DNA from: Antedon mediterranea | Lineage: Eukaryota > Animalia > Echinodermata | Assembly: GCF_964355755.1 (NCBI RefSeq) | Contig: NC_092678.1 | Location: 17,625,365-17,689,364, forward strand | DNA length: 64,000 bases | Direction of reading: 5' to 3' | In this document: positions 39,739-53,604 of the stretch, piece after piece | Layout of the letters: every line of letters begins with the position of its first letter | Numbering within the stretch: position 1 is the stretch's first letter | Made by a program: the position numbers and the translations under genes | The notes under the pieces: generated by a model | What the model saw: only the letters and a program-made list of their open reading frames with translations | What the model was told of the DNA's origin: nothing | The model's database searches: none

Positions 39739-41844
39739 ATGTCGAAGGAAGACGCTTTGTTGAAGATCCGAGAAATAGATGAAGAAGTGGCCAACATTTT
39801 AACAGGTTCGTAGGCCTAATAATTATATTTTAATCTGCCAGCAGTCTAGGCCTAGCCTAGGCTCCTTCCTAGCTAGTAATACTGTAGGCCTGGAACTAGT
39901 AAGTCTAGGCTAGCCTACTATGCCTGTACTGACGGACAGGTGTATAGGTTTAGCTTAGCATTTTAGTTCAGACATTGACAGAGGGGACAAATATTGTCGG
40001 ACCTATTTCAGCTAGGTATAAGGAAGGCCTAATAATAGATAATACAATTATAATGTAACAGTTATTTTGTAATGTAGCCATGAAATATCTACGAAGGATT
40101 ATACTGTATTATATACACATATTCCAATGAGAAATATAATGACATTTAAAAACACTTCTTTATATTTAATTAATTGTACACACTAAGTAATCCCCGAAGT
40201 GATCACATCGATATTGAAACTTTATGTTTTTAACTCTAAATTTAAAAAAAAACATACTAAAAAAACAAACAAAAAACATACGTACTGCATAACTAAAATT
40301 GTTATATTAAATTTCTTTTTAAAAAACTGTGTTATTTACAATATCTTAAATTATTTGTTAGGTAATTGAAGAAGTTCGAAGGATACTAATTATTACTAGG
40401 CAAAGAGGAATGAAATACAAAAGAAAGCTTTTTAAAAAAGTGCTTAGCAAATTTTTCCAAAGAAGAGAATAATATAGTTTATTTTGGTATTTTAAAGAGA
40501 AACACCAGTCCTCCATCTGGTAAGTACAGTGTATGTTTTTGTACTTTTATCTATTCATAAATAGTTTTATAATGGACCAATGGTAGTGAGGAAAATACGT
40601 GTACATATTGTGTACGTATTTTTAACAGCTTGGTTCGACGCAAGCTAGTGTCATGCACTCCTCCCTTTGACAACTAAAATTAAATAAATGACTTATGAAT
40701 ATTAATTTTTGACATATTAATGCTCTCCTGGCCAGCCCACCCTTTCCCCTTCCTTTTACATTGACCACCTACAAAACTGTAGGCTACATTATTAAAAATT
40801 TGAGCTACAGTATATCAAGTTTATGTCCATACATTATTCCACTCATTTAAATAAATTTATATAATATAATGTTTTCAATTTGTTATTTTTGGTTAGGTTC
40901 AACCCATATGTTGTCAAATCTGTCAAACATATTTGTTGGGAAAAACTCATCAAAAAAAGTCTGCCGACCTTGAAGGTATTTAGTGTTTTTTAAAATTTAA
41001 AATACAAGTAACATTATGTACATTAAAAAAAAGTATTTTTTTAAAATCAAATTTATCTTAGCTTAAAATTCGAGGTATATACTATGTTTACAATAATTTA
41101 TTAAAATCAAACAATTAAACAAAATTTACATTTAATTGTATGATTGTTATTATAAACATTGATACGGAATAAAAACATCAATCAGGATTGAGCACCGTTT
41201 TGCGTATTGTCTTCTTAAATAGTAATATTAAAAATAAATTTAGACCCTAATAATTTAACTAAAAATAATAGATACAGCCAGGCCTGTCTTTGGGATCGGT
41301 ATAAACAGGGCAAAGTTTGTGATTAAAAAGTTCAAATGCATATTCCACCCACCCTTATGTCTTATAATGTAAAATTATTCTTACCACCGTTCTAATATTG
41401 CGTCATGTTTTTGTGTTTACCGCCCCAGATATAGGACTCTAAAACCACACCGTACCCAATTAGTTGATGATGTTACACATATTTTAAATACAGTAATAAC
41501 TAAAACTATATTAATCTCTTTTCATTTTTAGGAACATGAATAAAGATCCAGAATCCTGGTCTTCACGCCGATCAGGTAATATGCCGGTATTGCTTTTTGA
41601 CACAGAAATGGCCTACATTAAAGTTTAGCAAACAATTCTAACTACAAAGAAAGCAAAATTAGATGAGGCTCTAGTTACTCTCCTCTCCACTTTTTACCTT
41701 CTGGATTTCGATTATCCAAAATGAAAAGAAGTAGGCCTCACTATCCATTAACAGTTAGTGATTTGTGATGAAAACACACCTGTACACTTGACAAAGGCTG
41801 TTGAATCATCATTAGTATACATTAATAAATTTAAAGACACCTAA
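39739..41844 (+). pseudogene. Spliced accessory (second) gene remnant of the EnSpm-type element
   Basis: Candidate exons ~39739-39805, 40361-40519, 40897-40975 and 41532-41844; the last encodes EALVTLLSTFYLLDFDYPK*KEVGLTI. Contains stops. Confidence 0.55.
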
Positions 41845-42129
41845 TAGTTTAAAGCCCAGGTGCGGGAGAAGAATTTTACGAAATTTGTATTTTACCATTT
41901 TAATGTTTTTAAGTTTTCTTTTGATGGCATTTTATTATTAATAAAAACAAGTTTGTTTTAAAGAAGTTGTATATATTATTGTACCTAATGTCATGTAAAT
42001 TGTAGTTCTTAATGAAAATAACAGTATTGTTAATATTATGTTTAATAACATTCTTGAATTTATTTGTTTAAGTAAAATATTACTTAAAATGAGTATTCAT
42101 TTATCGTTCTTAAAATAAATTTTTAATGA

Positions 42130-43760
42130 TTTATATTTTATAGAATTCTTGTTTCAAGCAATTTTTTTCCCAATATAAGTAAGAATTTACGAATTTTAAT
42201 TTGATAGAATTCTTGTTTCAAGCAATACTTTTCTTAAAATAAGTAAACATTTACTGGTTTTTATTTGATAGACTTCTTGTTTACTTATTTTAAAAAAAGT
42301 TTTGCTTGAAACAAGAATTCTACAAATAAAAATCGGATCTTACTTATTTTAAGAAATATATTGCTTGAAACAAGAAAACTAAAAATATAAATCGGAATAT
42401 TCTTACTTATTTTAAGAAAAATATTGCTTAAAACAAGAATTCTAAAAAATACAAACCGGAATATTCTTACTTATTTTAAGAAAAATATTGCTTGAAACAA
42501 GAATTCTACAAATAAAAATCGGAATATTCTTACTTATTTTAAGAAATATATTGCTTGAAACAAGAATTCAAAAAATACAAATCGGAATATTCTTACTTAT
42601 TTTAAGAAAAATATTGCTTGAAACAAGAATTCAAACAAATACAAATCGGAATATTCTTACTTATTTTAAGAAAAATATTGCTTGAAACAAGAATTCAAAA
42701 AATACAAATCGGATATTCTTACTTATTTTAAGAAATATATTGCTTGAAACAAGAATATTAAAATTAAAAATCGGAATATTCTTACTTATTTTAAGAAAAA
42801 TATTGCTTAAAACAAGAATTCTAAAAAATACAAATCGGAATATTCTTACTTATTTTAAGAAAAATATTGCTTGAAACAAGAATTCTACAAATAAAAATCG
42901 GAATATTCTTACTTATTTTAAGAAATATTTTGCTTGAAACAAGAATTCAAAAAATACAAATCGGAATATTCTTACTTATTTTAAGAAAAATATTGCTTGA
43001 AACAAGAATTCAAAAAATACAAATCGGAATATTCTTACTTATTTTAAGAAAAATATTGCTTGAAACAAGAATTCAAAAAATAAAAATCGGAATATTCTTA
43101 CTTATTTTAAGAAATATCTTGCTTGAAACAAGAATTCAAAAAAATACAAATCGGAATATTCTTACTTATTTTAAGAAATATATTGCTTGAAACAAGAATT
43201 CTATAAAATACAAATCGGAATATTCTTACTTATTTTAAGAAAAATATTGCTTGAAACAAGAATTCAAAAAATACAAATCGGAATATTCTTACTTATTTTA
43301 AGAAATATATTGCTTGAAACAAGAATATTAAAATTAAAAATCGGAATATTCTTACTTATTTTAAGAAAAATATTGCTTAAAACAAGAATTCTAAAAAATA
43401 CAAATCGGAATATTCTTACTTATTTTAAGAAAAATATTGCTTGAAACAAGAATTCTACAAATAAAAATCGGAATATTCTTACTTATTTTAAGAAATATTT
43501 TGCTTGAAACAAGAATTCAAAAAATACAAATCGGAATATTCTTACTTATTTTAAGAAATATATTGCTTGAAACAAGAATTCTATAAAATACAAATCGGAA
43601 TATTCTTACTTATTTTAAGAAAAATATTGCTTGAAACAAGAATTCAAAAAATACAAATCGGATATTCTTACTTATTTTAAGAAAAATATTGCTTGAAACA
43701 AGAATTCTATTTTAAAAAATCGATAAATTGTTACTTATTTTAAGGCAGATACTGCTTAAA
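42130..43760 (+). repeat. Subterminal array of 63-bp units
   Basis: Unit ttgcttgaaacaagaattcaaaaaatacaaatcggaatattcttacttattttaagaaaaata, more than 20 copies. Confidence 0.92.
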
Positions 43761-45030
43761 ACAAGAATGAAAAAAGCAATTAAATTCTTGGTAAGAATAT
43801 TGTTCTTAAAGTATTATTTCTTGGTAAGAATAATTTTCTTGATAAGAATTTGTGTGATTCTTGTTAAGAATTTTACGATTCTTGGTAAGCCAAAAAGTAT
43901 TGAAATACGGACAAGTCAAAATTTACTTGTTTCAAGAAATATTTTGCTTGAAACAAGTTTTTTTTTTCTTAAAACAAGAATCAGAATTTTGCTGTGTAGA
44001 GTATACTTTATATATCTGTATACGTACTACATACAGTGCAGAATAGTTGAAAATACCTGGACCCGTTTTTTCATCCAATTTTTACCATGATGATGTCATC
44101 AAAATGAAACACATAGATAGCAATCTTGGAAGGAAATTATCTGAGCAACAACATATCGTGTTGAATAAATTTGGATACGTAGAATACGGAAGCGCGCCCT
44201 TTTAAATGTCATGAACTATGACGCAAAATATGAAATTACGACTTTTATAATTGAACTGGCCATATGATGACGTCACAACATCCGATTCGCATAATTTGTA
44301 CATGATTTCCAGCTTCCAGAAAACGTTTTAATCATGTGTATCACTTTTTATTCTGAGGAGCTATAATACATTTAAATTTATTGGAATGATGAAAAAAAGT
44401 GATCAAAGTTATTCACGCTTTTGTACATGATGAAGTCATCACAATTTTAAAAATTGTAAATCATGCGAAAGATAATTGATTGACCTAGACAATATAAAAA
44501 AAATGGTGGGAAATGGAATATGGATAAGTGGAGATGCGTTCTATTAAATGTGAGGAGCTATGACAAAAGAGACAAAAATCCTATATTTTATATTCGAGTG
44601 GCCATACGATGATGTCACAATGTCTAGTTAGCCATATTGATACATGATCCGATATCAACAACTCATCTACTTCCAGAATATGTTAAAAAATAAACTTCAC
44701 CATGTAGTTTAGAAACTATGACTGTTTAAAAAAGGCATAAATATGACGATTTATTATACTTTTTCAGCAAAAACGAGCGCAAATTGTCCAATTCGACGTG
44801 CTCGTATGACGTGATTTTAAGTCGAAATTGTTTGAAAGCTGGTAAAATTACTAGAAAATGCTGGAAAAACATAAATCACGCTAAAAAAATAACATTTACT
44901 AATAATGATAATAATAATTATACGAATAGGGCAAAGGGTAAAAAATAAAATAATATGACAATAAGTGTGGTTATATTACAACGAAAATATACTATTTTCA
45001 AAAGTATGATAAACAAGAGAAAGCACTCAC

Positions 45031-45102
45031 AGTATTGTCAATGATTTCAAACCATCAAAAACGTTTTCTGGTAATGTAGTTATTTGGTTACTGGACAACG
45101 AT
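45031..45102 (-). CDS. 72-nt phase-2 LRR exon A of a host LRR gene (intact)
   Basis: ttttcag|a-SLSSNQITTLPENVFDGLKSLTI-ct|gtgagt; typical 24-aa LRR. Confidence 0.85.
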
Positions 45103-45254
45103 CTGAAAACCGTGAAAATGCAATACATAAGTTTAGTTTTGGATGAATATTCTGTCTTTGCAAAGGATAAAAAATGAAATGATGTGACAATAAGTGTGGT
45201 TTTATAACAACAAAAATATACTATTTTCAAAAGTATTATAAACAAGTGAAACAT

Positions 45255-45302
45255 TCGAACACATTTGCTGGTAATGTTGTTATTTGGTTATTGGCCAACC
45301 AC
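45255..45302 (-). pseudogene. LRR exon B, 3' part and donor deleted
   Basis: ttttcag|g-WLANNQITTLPANVF then runs directly into intron-homologous sequence. Confidence 0.75.
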
Positions 45303-46523
45303 CTGAAAATTGTGAAAAATGTAATAAATACTATATACAGTACCAAGGGATAGGATGATAAAACATTATATATTTTATATATAATTTAGAAAAACAAACA
45401 AAACATAACAATACATATCTTATTGTGCCAGCAGAGGTCAAGTCCAATTAGGCGTGTCACTCCAGAAATGAAACCATTACAAGGTATATACAAGGACATA
45501 CTAATACTTGTTTAATGTTACTTTAGCTCGTATTATCATTATTTGCATGTTTTAACTGTTTTTCATTAACTTCTTCTACAGGATATATAATTATGTTTTA
45601 TCTGTATTTTACTGTAATCATGTTGTACTTTGCATATCATATGATGACATAGATCAATATCTACGATACAATACAACCGTTAAATGACGATGATCCATGT
45701 GTTCTGCTATATTTTTACGTTTTGTTATGGCCGCCGATGGTGCTACAGTAAACAATAAACAATGCCAAATAGAAAAACTCAAAAAGAGCAAAAAGAAAGA
45801 TATTACATTTGAACGTATTACGCATGAAACAGACATATTTCATTGAAGTATTAATTCCTAAAATAAAATAATTGTTTTTATGAGGAAAAGAGTTAAACTG
45901 ACGTTTTCATGAGAGGAAGATATATAATATTTGTTCCTCATGCAAAATAAGCTTATTACAACACTATTACACTAAAGCATAAAGTTACACTTAACTGTGC
46001 TTTAAAATAAACATAATTTAAAGCATTACACAGTATAGGCCAATAGTTCACCCGATAACAATTTCTGATTTGTCCAAATTTTTTTTTTTAAATCTGACAA
46101 ATATAAACATGAAGAAATAAAAAAACATGTCGTTAATATACATCAGACTTAAGAATAATGACATCAATTTTCGATAATCATAAGGACGAGTTCTCTCATT
46201 TGTGCCCATGGAATTGATATTTCCTAAGTTCACCTAACTACGGAGGAATAACGCATTTATATTTATATAATGACTACATTAATCATAATATTTAATGATG
46301 CTGTGTTATCGAATTTTCTATGTTACTGGAGAAATCGGGATACAGTACCGATAATCAGGTGTGTTAGACCAGAATACGTTACTCCGGCTTAAAATGGAGG
46401 TATTTGCTTTAACCACGTTCTGAAATGTGTCTGTAAGATTATGTTAGGCAAAAACAACACCTTGTATGCCTTAGCAGCCTGGTCTAGAGACCTATGTATT
46501 GCCTTCGCTAAATCCTTTCTTAA

Positions 46524-47594
46524 CACTTTGACTGCCAGAGGTTTTTCCAGTTAGAAACTGCCACCGCCAGCGTTTTTAGCCCAATTCGATGTTTTTATTA
46601 AAGCTGATTGAAACCATGTATGTGATCTGATTTGTATGTAATTTAGACTAAAATAATCATAAAGATTTTAACTTTACAATGGTACCAAGAACGATTTTTA
46701 AATCGCAATATGTAAATCGTAATAGTAAAATGAAAGTAACCCACTTTTTGAATTTTTCGTAGTTTCGCGCAAGAAAGTCGAGATATTCGCGATTTTGTGC
46801 AAGACATCACAATATGAAAATATCGCCCGGTGAGATCAACAAACAACGAAAAAGTTACTTACACGGCACCGATAGGCCTATACTATAAAAACAAGTTATC
46901 ACTATCGAAAAATGTATTACATTTTATAAATCATAAATCTTACATCAATGTTTCGCCAAAATCCACATAGTAAAGACACCAGGCCTAATTAACCAGGTCT
47001 AAAGTTGGTCCGAAACCGTTTTACGACTAGGGCTAGGCTAGCCTAGTACTAACTAGCCTAGGCCTAGGCCTAGCTAGGAGATAGTAAACTGATGATAATA
47101 ACCATACCATTTCAAAACAAGTTTGTTGCGTGAAACTCGGTCACTTTCAGTAAAACACTAAAACAATTAGGGTATACATACAATAATAAAATTAAAGACT
47201 TCATATTGAAAATGACTCCATTATTTTTTATTCATATTTATAACAAACAAACATGTCAATCCACAAAAACCTTTGTAATGCTTCAGCGGCATAGCTAGCG
47301 CGCGACCGATACACAATGCGCCAAGCCATCGCTCTACGCGCTAACTGTGATGCGCGGTGTTTGTTATTTCGACAGGTACCATTTTGACAGTCGTTCGTAA
47401 CCAGATTAGTTACTTTCAAATTGTAAAATATTCACGGTCCAGACCGAATATAGTGTTCATATTTATAGTATATACCAATAATTAACCTATCTACCGGATT
47501 TCGTAAAAAAACGCGTAAAACGAAGATCTTCGTTTTTGGCAGTCAAGCGTTGTGTTTCCAAAAACGAAGATCTTCGTGTTTGGCAGTCAAAGTG
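46524..47594. mobile_element. piggyBac-type non-autonomous element, 1071 bp
   Basis: TTAA TSD on both sides; 14-bp TIR CACTTTGACTGCCA; empty single-TTAA site in the paralog at ~62523. Confidence 0.92.
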
Positions 47595-49885
47595 TTAAAC
47601 TTGTTCCCACTTATACCTTCTGGAGGAATGTTATCCATCGATATAACCCTAATATACTGCTGATTGGATTCGTCATTTTATAATTGTAACACAATGTGTC
47701 ATAAGAACTGTTCGTTATACCATGGTAGTATGTGGTACAATTAATTAAAGAATTATATGATTTGTAAATAGTTTACACAAAGTGCAACACAGTGTGACGT
47801 ATTATCTGCTACAATATCTAATGATTAGGCCTACACATTTTTAATAATTATTTAAATTCTCATTTAATAAACCACTTATAATAACAAATTACCGTATTAA
47901 ACGTACAAATCAAAGTATACAAACAATAAGTATATACAGTACCAACGGAAATTACGATACAAAAGTATCTATTTATTAATTTCGAAAAAAAAAAATAATA
48001 ACAACAAATTATCTATATTGTGCCAACAGAGGCCAAAAAGACTTATGTCCAATTAGGCGTGTCACTCTGACAGTGAAACAATTACAAGGTATAATTGATA
48101 TAATACTAATTTAATGTTACTTTATCTCGTATTATCATTTCATGTTTTAGCTGTTTTTCATTAACTGTCTTTGCATGATTATAACAATGTTTTATCTAGA
48201 TTGACTGTAATCATGTTGTACTTTCCATATCATATGATTTCTCGTATTATCATTATTTGCATGTTTTAGCTGTTTTTCATATGATTTCTAGATGTATTTC
48301 AATATCTACGATACAATACAACCGTTAAATGACGATGATCCATGTATTCTGCTATATTTTTATTTGTCATTATGGCCGCCGATGGTGCTACAGTAACTGA
48401 ATTAAAGAGACAAAACAATGGCAAAATAGAAAAACTCAAAAAGAGCAAAAAGAAAGATATTATATTTGAACGTATTACACATGAAACAGACATATTTCAT
48501 AGAAGTATTAATTCCTAAAACAAAATAATTGTTTTTATGTTTAACTCTATGCCTCATAGAGTTAAACTGACGTTTTCATGAGAGGAAGATATATACTATT
48601 TGTTCCACGTGCACAATAAGCTTATAAAACTATTGCAGATTATACGTGAATCGGTAACGAGTCGGTGACAAACCGAACGGATCATCCAGGAGTTCTGAAA
48701 CGTCTGGCCAAGTGCGCTCTCTTTGCGCAGTATTATACGGAGGCGTGTCTATTTTTATTTTCGTATCTAATTTTGGCTTTAAAAACATGTCAGCCCAAAA
48801 CAATCGCTACCACTGGATCCGCCCCGTCGGAATATTGTCGATATAAAATGATGGAGGTTCAGACGTTCTGTAGTACATTTAAATTGTATTATTTGTATTC
48901 CCTCTTTAAACTTCATCTTAATTTCAATATAATAATATCAATTAAGTAATATTGTTTACTTAGAAGTATGCCAGTTATTCAGCACTTAAGAAAACAAAAT
49001 CAGAAAAATGTAAACACATGTTACCAGGTTTTTTTAAAACATTAATACAGCTAAGTGTGTTAATTAATTAGATGTAAAGCACATTTTAGCATGAAGAAGT
49101 GAAAATATGGAGGGAAAGAAAACATAAAGTGTAGACACAGATATCACCTCACAAGCAATCTATTGCTGACCCAGTGTGAAGCCAGTAGTCAAGAGTTGTT
49201 CCTGCTCCCCAATTATTGTGGTCCCTTTATTTATAAAACTTGAAAAGCAGAAAAAAGAGGAGGAGGTGTATGTTTGTTTGTTGGCAGACTATAACGCTGG
49301 TTCAGATTTTAAGTTAAGTTTATCTTACGGACGGATAACGCTAATAATGTACGTACCACAACATTAGGTAATCGATGCGCCCCCATTATGACACGTGTGA
49401 ATAAAGAACAAGTGCTATTCCACTGTACGGAAGGATAGCTACCCGATGCCTCTCATAATAATATTATTTTTCATTCAATAACATATATTAATAACGATAA
49501 TAATAATTTACTTTAAAACAAACGAAAGGTTGTAGTCAAGAGGCAGGAAACTGCAGGTGTTGTTTATTGCCTTTAGACATGAACAGGTACCACCGTACGA
49601 GAATCGGGTGTCCAACGGACGAGTACCATGTGTGTATATCGGGAACAAAGCTATTATAAAGTGTACAGATTTTACAGACTATGTCTACGACACATAATCT
49701 GTTGTATGACAAGAATTAATGAATTATGAGTCTGATAACTGTACAGAGCATCAAACAACTACATGTGGATTATTAAACATTTTGACAAACATGGCGTTTC
49801 ATACGTATGGTACGTGTACACACTGTATATAAAACATCGAAACGCGACAACAGAAAAAAGACAATAACAGAGACTTGGGACAAGT

Positions 49886-50197
49886 GAGGGCGTGTGGCGC
49901 AGTGTGTTGGACGTTGGACTACCGATCGTCAGACCTAGGTTCGAATCCAACTCTCGCCGCATTGCTTGTATCCGTAGGCAAGATACTTTACTTACGTTGC
50001 CTCTCTCCACCCAGGTGTATAAATGGGTACCCAGTTAGATCTAGACACAACTGCGCTGGTTACCGGCTGCATTATGGGAGGATGTTTCCATACGTGTTCG
50101 ATCCCAAAAAACACTGGGGTAATAATGCTTGTAAAGCGCCTTTGAGCATGATTACTCATGAAAAGGGCGCTATATAAATCTGGTATTATTATTATTA
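49886..50197 (+). mobile_element. tRNA-derived SINE with conserved central domain and L2-type tail
   Basis: A box TGGCGCAGTGTG, B box GGTTCGAATCC, ccacccaggtgtataaatgggtacc core, gtaaagcgcc...ggcgctatataaat tail, (ATT)n end, short AAGT TSD; absent from paralogs at ~4183 and ~35257. Confidence 0.9.
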
Positions 50198-51070
50198 TAA
50201 GTCTATAAAGTATTAACTTACAGTATTGAAAGTGATGAAGCAAAAGCAGAAAATGCACCTTGATCTATGGTAGTTATAGCGTTACCATATAAGTACCTGC
50301 AAATATTGAAAAAAAAGACACACATTTCAAATTATTAATAATAATACTGTACAACAATACAATAAATAGATAACCACTACATTTGTCTGCTATATTTCAC
50401 AGTACAGTTATTTGTATTCAGCATTTCAGTGGGCGATTTAGACTTCGTTTGGCACTCGAAACAATGTCAAATGAAAGGCAGGCTAATTTTTGCCATTGTG
50501 TACAATTCCAAACAGATATCACCTCAACTTTATTTATAAAACTTGAAAATCAGAAAAAAAGGGGAGAAGGTAGTGTATTATTTGTGGTTGTTGCCAGATG
50601 CCTAAACTCTAGAAAATGATAAATTAAGTTTATCTTACGGACGGATAACGCTAATAATAACAATTATTAATTCATAGTTATGCTTTATAGCTTTTTGAGG
50701 TTTTTTTTTGTGCACTTAGAAGAACTTATTTAAAGTGCATTTTAAGTATTGTTTTTCTTCTAGATTATTTCAGTCATCACAATAGTTAATATTTGTTTTA
50801 TTTGGAGGTTCAGACTTAAACACAAAGTACAAATGTATATAGTGCACTATGCTGTGTGAATTAAAACTGAAACACAAAACCACCACATTAGGTAACCGAT
50901 GCGCCCTCATTATGACGTTTTTTTATAAGAGAAAGATACAAACCATGTGTTGCGCGTGCGAATAAAGAACAAGTGCAGCTATTCCAATGTACGGAGGGAA
51001 AGATAACCAATGCCTCTCATAAAAACATTATTTTTCACTTAATAATATTTACTAATAATGATAATAACAA

Positions 51071-52110
51071 GACGAGTTAGGTTATCCGCAGCGCAAATGC
51101 CACGTGCACGTCATACTTTAGAATATTGAGCACAGAAAAACGATTATGCCATTGAAAAAATGTTAGTGTGGTCTCTATTTTGTGTCACGTCTAAGTATAT
51201 AGAGTATACACTATATATCTGTATACGTACTACTTACAGTGCAGAATAGGTGAAAATACCGGGACCCGCTTTTTCATCCAATGTTTACCATGATGATGTC
51301 ATCAAAACGAAACACGTAGATAGCAATTTTGGAAGGAAATTATCCGAGCAACAACATATCAACGTGTTGAATAAATTTGGATACGTATAATACGGAAGTG
51401 CGCTCTTTTAAATGTCATGAACTATGACGCAAAATATGAAATTACGACTGTTATAATTGAACTGGCCATATGATGACGTCACAACATTCGATTTGCATAA
51501 TTTGTACATGAATTCCTATTGTACAATTCAACAGTTTCCAGAAAACGTTTTAATCATGAGTATCACTTTTTATTCTGAGGAGCTATAATACATTTAAATT
51601 TATTGGAATGATGAAAAAAAGTGACCAAAGTCATTCACGCGTTTGAACATGATGAAGTCATCACAATTTTAAAAATGGTAAATCATGCGAAAGATAATTG
51701 ATTGACCTAGACAATATAAACATATGGGGGAAAATGGAATATGGATAAGTGGAGATGCGCTCTATTAAATGTGATGAGCTATACAAAAGAGACACAAATC
51801 CTATATTTTATATTCGAGTGGCCATACGATGACGTCACAATGTCTAGTTAGCCATATTGATACATGATCCGATATCAACAACTCATCTACTTCCAGAATA
51901 TGTAAAAAAAAACTTCACCATGTAGTTTAGAAACTATGACTTTTGAAAAAAAGTCATAATTTTGACGATTTTTTTACTTTTTCATAAAAAACGGGCGCAA
52001 ATTGTCCAATTCGACGTGCTCGTATGACGTGATTTTAAGTCGAAATTATTTGAAAGCTTGGAAAATTACTAGAAAAGGCTGAAAAAACATAAATCACGCA
52101 AAAAAAATAA
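51071..52110 (-). mobile_element. 5'-truncated Helentron-type element (paralog of 36184-44890, uninterrupted, 3' tip lost)
   Basis: gacgagttaggttatccgc start; colinear with 36206-36335 plus 43997-44890. Confidence 0.75.
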
Positions 52111-52247
52111 CATTTACTAATAATGATAATAATAATTATACGAATAGGGCAAAGGTAAAAAATAAAATGATGTGACAATAAGTGTGGTTATCTTACAACG
52201 AAAATATACTATTTTCAAAAGTATGATAAACAAGAGCAAACACTCTC

Positions 52248-52319
52248 AGTTCTGTCAATGATGTCAAAACATCAAACACATTTGCTGTTAATGTAGTTAT
52301 TTGGTTATTGTACAAGTAC
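52248..52319 (-). pseudogene. 72-nt LRR exon C with mutated donor (GT>GA)
   Basis: ttttcag|g-YLYNNQITTLTANVFDVLTSLTE-ct|gagagt. Confidence 0.8.
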
Positions 52320-52595
52320 CTGAAAACCGTGAAAAAATTCAATAAATAAGTATAGTATATATACAGTACCAAAGAATAGTACGATAAAAATGATCTATTT
52401 TATTAATTTAGAAATACTTTCCATATCATGATTTCTGGATGTAGATGTGTTCTGCTATATTTTTACGTTTGATATAATATGATAGAGGTTCCGACGTTCT
52501 GTGGTATATTTATTATTGTTTTATTTGTATGATCCCTGTAAACTTCATCTTAATTTCAAATATAATAATATCAATAAAGTAATATTGTTTACTTA

Positions 52596-52795
52596 AGCGT
52601 GATTCCCACTAGAACGCAACGCAACATAGCGACGTGTCGACGCAAACTGCTGTATTGCGTAATCACAAATGGGAACCGACGACGCTACAATGCTGCAAAG
52701 CCGCAGGTTTGATTTCACGCAGGCGAGGGAAAACACAATTATCGGAAGGGCATTTTCTTACGCTGCGTAGGTTGCGTTACGTTGCGTCGCTAGAA
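52596..52795. mobile_element. PIF/Harbinger-like MITE, right end damaged
   Basis: agcgtgattcccactagaacgcaacgcaac...gttgcgttacgttgcgtcgctag; absent from paralogs (gtttacttagaag at ~34340, ~48957 and ~63765). Confidence 0.6.
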
Positions 52796-53604
52796 GTTAG
52801 AAGAGTGCCAGTTATTCAGCACTGAAGAAAACAAAATAAGAAAAAATGTAAACACATGTTACCAGGTTTTTTTAAAACAATTATAAAGCTAAGTGTGTTA
52901 ATTAATGAGATGTAAGCACATTTTAGCATGAGGAAGTGAAAATATGGAGGGAGAGAAAACATAAAGTGTAGACACAGATATCACCTCACAAGCAATCTAT
53001 TGCTGACCCAGTGTGAAGGCCGAAATCAAGAGTTGTTCCTGCTCCCCAATTATTGTGGTCCCTTTATTTATAAAACTTGAAAAGCAGAAAAAAGAGGAGG
53101 AGGAGGTGTATGTTTGTTTGTTGCCAGATGCCTATAAAGCTGGTTCAGAGTTTAAGTTATGTTTATCTTACGGACGGATAACGCTAATAATGTACGTACC
53201 ACAACATTAGGTAACCGATACGCCCCCATTATGATACGTGCGAATAAAGAAAAAGTGCTATTCCACTGTACGTAGGGATAGCTACCCGATGCCTCTCATA
53301 ATAATATTATTTTTTATTCAATAACATTTAATAATAATGATAATAATAATTTACTTTAAAACAAACGAATACAAGTAGGCCTCATTACACACAATACAAC
53401 TACAAACATGAGCTTGTGTTAAAAGAAAGGTTTAGGGATCAATCATAATCAAACAAAAACGGGCATATTATATTATTTTAGTTTTGGATGAATATTCTGT
53501 CTTTGCAAAGAGTAAAAAATGAAATGATGTGACAATAAGTGTGGTTATCTTACAACGAAAATATATTATTTTCAAAAGTATGATAAACAATAGAAAGCAC
53601 TCAC

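Larger units (their letters stand above)
36336..43996. mobile_element. Non-autonomous CMC/EnSpm-type DNA transposon (CACAG termini, TA TSD), copy 1, 7661 bp
   Basis: TA|CACAGCAAAATT...AATTTTGCTGTG|TA; empty site at ~51190-51210; long subterminal arrays; transposase and accessory-gene remnants. Confidence 0.9.
36184..44890 (-). mobile_element. 5'-truncated Helentron-type element, split by EnSpm copy 1
   Basis: Reverse-orientation 3' end actagatttgaACTCGTCtatgGACGAGTtaggttatcc; the body resumes after 43998. Confidence 0.75.
34062..48650 (+). repeat. Tandem segmental duplication unit, copy 1 (expanded by TE insertions)
   Basis: Starts aatcggtaacgagtcggtgacaaaccgaac, which recurs at ~48650; broadly colinear with copy 2 once insertions are removed. 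Confidence 0.8.

Noticed and set aside
37149-43444. Leucine-rich repetitive ORFs (RNVLLKIRSQ.., LETRIQKIQIG..), mirrored at 55851-61556
   Set aside because: Artefacts of 102-bp and 63-bp AT-rich arrays whose periods are multiples of three; frames break frequently.
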